Assembly (NCBI GenBank): GCA_943787795.1
Contig: CALSNU010000002.1
Span: forward strand, 672,001-736,000
From: an uncultured bacterium
GTDB lineage: Bacteria > Planctomycetota > UBA1135 > GCA-002686595
DNA: 64,000 nucleotides
Direction: 5' to 3'
Positions 60,065 to 64,000 of the stretch are shown piece after piece. The position numbers and the translations under genes are program-made. A model generated the notes under the pieces. That model had not been told where the DNA came from. It did no database searches and was given only the letters and a program-made list of their open reading frames with translations. How positions within the stretch are numbered: the first letter of the stretch is position 1; each line of letters begins with the position of its first letter.

Positions 60065-61438
60065 CTAGCGGATCACGTGCCACTTGGTCTGGCGGCCGCC
60101 GATGTAGCGCACGGTCTTGCCGTCAAACCAGGCGTCCTGCTCGAGCTTGATCTGCACGGGCTGCCCGCCCCATGCGGAGCAGGGCACGGTGACGTTGCCC
60201 TCGATGGCGTAGCAGGTGCCCGCGCGCAGGCGCCAGTCGCCCTTGATGGGGGTGGGGCCCTGGTTGTCCCACATGCCGATGGTGGGACCGGCGGCGTGGC
60301 CGTGGAAGCCCACGGGGTGGGTGTAGACCGAGCAGGAGATCCCCTCGGCCTCGGCGAGCCGCCGGGTCTCGGCGAGCACGTCGTTGCCCGTCCGGCCCTG
60401 GGTGAACGATCCCGTCAGGAGGTCCTGCCAGCGGTTGCCCACCGCCATCGCTTCCTTGAGGGCGTCCGGTACGCCCTCCTCGCCGATCTTGAGCACGTAG
60501 GCCATCTCCTGGGTGTCGGTGCAGAGCCGCAGGTAATGGATGCCCACGTCGGTGTGGAGCACGTCCCCGCGCCGGATGACCTGGTGCTCCACGCCGTAGA
60601 AGCTGGAGCCATCCGGGGGCACGAGGCCCTCGCGCTGCACGTTGCAGTAGGGCATGAACCAGACCGGGAGGCCGAGGTCGGTGAAGCGCTGGCGGAGGAA
60701 CCAGGCCACGTCGTCGGTGGTGGTGACGCCGGGGGTGATCGCGTCGCTGGAGAAGGCGTCCCGGATGGCGCCCCGCGCCAGCAGCATGAGCTGCGGGTAG
60801 ACCTCCATCTCCATCGCGGTCCGGGTCTCCAGCCAGCGGATACAGAGCGGCTCGGCGGGGACCATGCGTGCCCGCAGCGTCTCGGGCAGCGCCACCTCAA
60901 GCCGTGCCCGCAGGCCCGAGCTGAGGCCGTCGCCCACCGCCCAGTGCTCCGACGTGTTGACGCCGATCGCCCGCGGGTTCCGCTCGGCGATCACTTCCGC
61001 GAGGCGCGCCCACTGCTCGTCGAGGGAGCCCCCGTCCCAGGCCGTCTCGTACAGGTCCCCGAGGCCGTAACGGCTCACCGTCAGCCGCTCCACGCCCTCA
61101 TCCACGCCGCGGTCGTGGAAGACCAGCATGGTGGTGCGGCGGGCGGCGAAGACGGGCGCGGGCACCAGGGTCAGGTAGACCGGGTCCTCCGCGTACTCGC
61201 GGTTGATCACGACCCACATGTCGATCCCCGACTCACGCATCAGCCGCGGGAGCAGGTTCTCCAGCCGGTCCTCGAGCATGCGATTCACGGCCTCGGCGCG
61301 AGCTCGCTCGGGCAGCACGGCGGGCGTGCCTGGAACGGTATAGCCCTGGTTCCAGAGGTCCTGGACGTCCTGGGCCTGGGGGCCCGCGGTCGGGGCGGGC
61401 GCGGAGAGCGTGGCGTGGAGCAGGAGGGCGGTGATCAT
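60065..61438 (-). CDS. M24 family metallopeptidase (Xaa-Pro-like), secreted
   Basis: REYAEDP, HTDVG..TDTQ, YTHPVGFHGHAAG, YAIE, LEQD. Confidence 0.9.
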   Translation of the reverse strand: MITALLLHATLSAPAPTAGPQAQDVQDLWNQGYTVPGTPAVLPERARAEAVNRMLEDRLENLLPRLMRESGIDMWVVINREYAEDPVYLTLVPAPVFAARRTTMLVFHDRGVDEGVERLTVSRYGLGDLYETAWDGGSLDEQWARLAEVIAERNPRAIGVNTSEHWAVGDGLSSGLRARLEVALPETLRARMVPAEPLCIRWLETRTAMEMEVYPQLMLLARGAIRDAFSSDAITPGVTTTDDVAWFLRQRFTDLGLPVWFMPYCNVQREGLVPPDGSSFYGVEHQVIRRGDVLHTDVGIHYLRLCTDTQEMAYVLKIGEEGVPDALKEAMAVGNRWQDLLTGSFTQGRTGNDVLAETRRLAEAEGISCSVYTHPVGFHGHAAGPTIGMWDNQGPTPIKGDWRLRAGTCYAIEGNVTVPCSAWGGQPVQIKLEQDAWFDGKTVRYIGGRQTKWHVIR

Positions 61439-61510
61439 GGCTGGGTGGGCTGGGGTCCGCCCCATCCTGCCACGATCCGCGCGACCCGCTCCCCGGCTTC
61501 TTCCCCCTCG

Positions 61511-64000
61511 TTACTGGCGCTCGAAGGCGCCGTGGTCCACCACGGGCGCGGGCCCGGCCCCGGTGTCCGGGGTCAGCGGGTCGTCCACGCGCCGGGTCTG
61601 GCCCGCGAGGTCGAAGGGGACCTCCTCGGTCCGATCTCCATCCGCGTCCAGGTCCGCGCGGTCCGGCGGCACCATCGAGACCGAGGCCGCGTCGATACAG
61701 GGAGACCCTGCGGCCAGCCGGTAGTCGTTGTCGAGGAACGTCAGCGGGTTCCCATCCGGGCCGGCGGGGTCGAGGAAGAGCGGGTCGGTGTCGATGAGGT
61801 TCGACGCTCCGAGCAGGGTGCTCCCCTCCGTCAGGGCCAGGTTGATGGCCCCACCCTGGAGATTGGTCCAGTGGACCTCGAGGGTCGACCCCGGCGAGTT
61901 CGCGGTGATCTGGTCGAAGCCGGCGCTGCTCGAGTTCTGCCAGAAGATCGAGTTGACCACGACCGCGCTCATCCCGAAGTCCAGGGACATTCCCCCTCCA
62001 ACTCGAAGCGCGTCGTTGAGGACGAAGGTGCAGTTGGAGACGCGCGTGGTCGCGAGCCCCGCGCCGGCGATCGCGCCGCCCGAGTCGTTGGCGAAGTTCC
62101 CGGCGAACACGCACTGGTCCACGAGGTTCACCTCCGGTGCGCTGCCGGGGCCCCCGGCGGCGTACAGGGCGCCGCCGAAGAGGGCGGCGTTCTGGAGGAA
62201 GGTGCACCGGCTGACCACCGCGGGGGCGCCGACCGAGCCGCCCAGGGTGACCGTCCCGGCTCCGGTGGCGGTGTTGTTCGTGAACGTGCACCCGTCGACT
62301 TCCGCGGCCCCCAGGTTGAGGGCGAGGGCGCTCGAGCTGGCGGCGGCGTTGCCCTCGAAGACGCAGTCGATGATCCGCGGACCGGCGGGGGAGAGGGCCG
62401 GGGCGGAGGCCCGGATGGCGCCGCCGCTCTGGGCCTGGTTGCCCTCGAAGACGCAGTCGACCACGGTGATGGCGCACTGCCGCGCGAAGATCGCGCCGCC
62501 GTCCCCGTTGGACGGGCCGGCGGTCGAGGGGTGCCCATCCCGGATCGTGAGGCCCTGGATGGTCGGGCGGACCGAGGCCGGCGGGAGGTAGGCATAGAAG
62601 GCCCTGCCGCTGTGCTCGAGGTCGATGGTGCAGGCGCCGGGACCGTTGGCGCTGCGGACGGTGAGGTCACGGGGGCCGAGGTCGAGGTTCTTGTTGTCGG
62701 GCCCCCGGTAGACCCCGTCCTCCATCCGCACCTCGTCCCCGGAGAGGGCGACGGCGAAGGCGGCGGCGAGGTCCTGGAAGGGGGAGGAGGCCGAACCGTC
62801 GCCGCCCGGAGGCGCGGCGGCGTCCACGTGCCAGGTGGCGTTCTGGGGCTGGCACTCGTCCGGGATCCCGTCGCCGTTCAGGTCGTCGCTGGTGCCGCTC
62901 GCGATGTCGCAGGGGTCCGCGATGCCGTTCCCGTTGCAGTCCGCCTGGCACGTGTCGGGGATGCCGTTGCCATCGCAGTCGTCGGCGCCCTCGAGGAGGT
63001 CGCAGAGGTCGCCGCGCCCGTTGCCGTCGCAGTCGGGGGTGAGGTTCGAGCACTGGATCGCCACGACCCGAAGGGGCGCGCCGAGCACAGAAGCCATGGC
63101 GCCTGAGCGGGTCACGACGAGGAATGTGAACTCGAGGGTGGTGGCCCCGGGGGGCAGGGCAGGGATGCCGATGCTCGCGTTCAGGACGCCGCTGGCGGGG
63201 ATCGTCCCGAGCACGAGCTCCTGCGTGGGCACGGGCCCTATGCCGGGCGTCGCCCCGGCAGCGCGCGTGACGTCGAAGAAGAAGGGGGCCGCGGGGACCA
63301 GGTGGAGCCGCGCGACCGCGCCGGGTGTCCCGCGGACCTCGATGGGGTGGAGGCTCTGGGCTCGAACGAAGATCGGTGTCTCGTGATCCTCCGAGGCGCC
63401 GGGCAGGGTCCGGACGAGTCCGGCGCCCGCGAAGGGCAGGCCGCTGGCGCCCGGCGGGCCCGCGAATGAGCCACCGCCTGCGCCCCCCGCGGAGGTCGTG
63501 TCCACGAGGATGAGCCGCGTGAGGGCGTCCGTGGCGGCGCCGTTTCCTCCGTCCCCACCCGGGAGCGGGATGAAGTCGCCGTTCTCGCCCCCGGCGCCTC
63601 CGGTCGCGCTGCACCCCGAGAGGAACAGCCTGGACCCCTCGGCGCGCAGCCCCAGAGGGCCGCCCGTGAGGACTCGAGCTGGAGCCCGTCGCCGCCGTCG
63701 CCGTCCGTACAGCTGAGCTCATCCACGCCGTCGCCGCCCTGGAAGACCGAAGCCCGCGCTGAGAAGCGGAGGACGCCGTCGAGGTGCGCCCCCGCGCCGC
63801 CGACGGGATCGAAGGCCTGGGTCGAGTCCGCGGCGGGTGCGCCGACGAAGACGCAGCGTGCGACGGTGAGCTCGCCAGCGAGGCCTTCGGCATCGAGCGT
63901 CGAGCGCTGGGCATCGAGGAGGGGGTCGGTGACGCCCTCGAACCTGAGCCCGTGGAGGAGGACGGGCTGAGTGGACGAGAGCGAGCGGATGACGAGCCGA
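61511..64000 (-). CDS. Large secreted beta-helix protein with DCxGNG Ca-binding repeats and GGAI repeats; 5' end outside window; frameshift at about 63640-63680
   Basis: DCDGNG/DCNGNG repeats; FEGN..GGAI units; YRLAAGSPCIDA..DHGAFE tail; upstream segment RLVIRSL..GGDGLQLESS lies in another frame. Confidence 0.8.

Overview
High-GC bacterial DNA, most likely from a Planctomycetota genome. That assignment is inferred from lineage-typical secreted proteins, a redoxin/heme/Cu-monooxygenase fusion, DUF6807 and DCxGNG repeats. Contents: a partial FG-GAP protein, a POT peptide transporter, an arylsulfotransferase, GH16 and GH30 glycosidases, a ZIP transporter, an orphan response regulator, a ~15 kb surface-polysaccharide cluster (23.0-38.3 kb), a three-gene heme module, a decayed IS91/ISCR element beside an AT-richer cassette, S9 and M24 peptidases, an acetylated amino-sugar/sialate catabolic group, and a DUF6502-DUF5666 pair with a palindromic operator. 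The best lead is the secreted Cys-free protein starting at 41245. Its apparent stop is two consecutive in-frame TGA codons (G-TGA-TGA-G), followed by a bacterial SECIS-like hairpin, 44 more sense codons, and only then a stop and a strong hairpin. It is a candidate selenoprotein with adjacent Sec-Sec residues. Several genes carry frameshifts that may be sequencing errors. No rRNA, tRNA or CRISPR array was seen. All family assignments come from motif recognition by eye, not from database searches.
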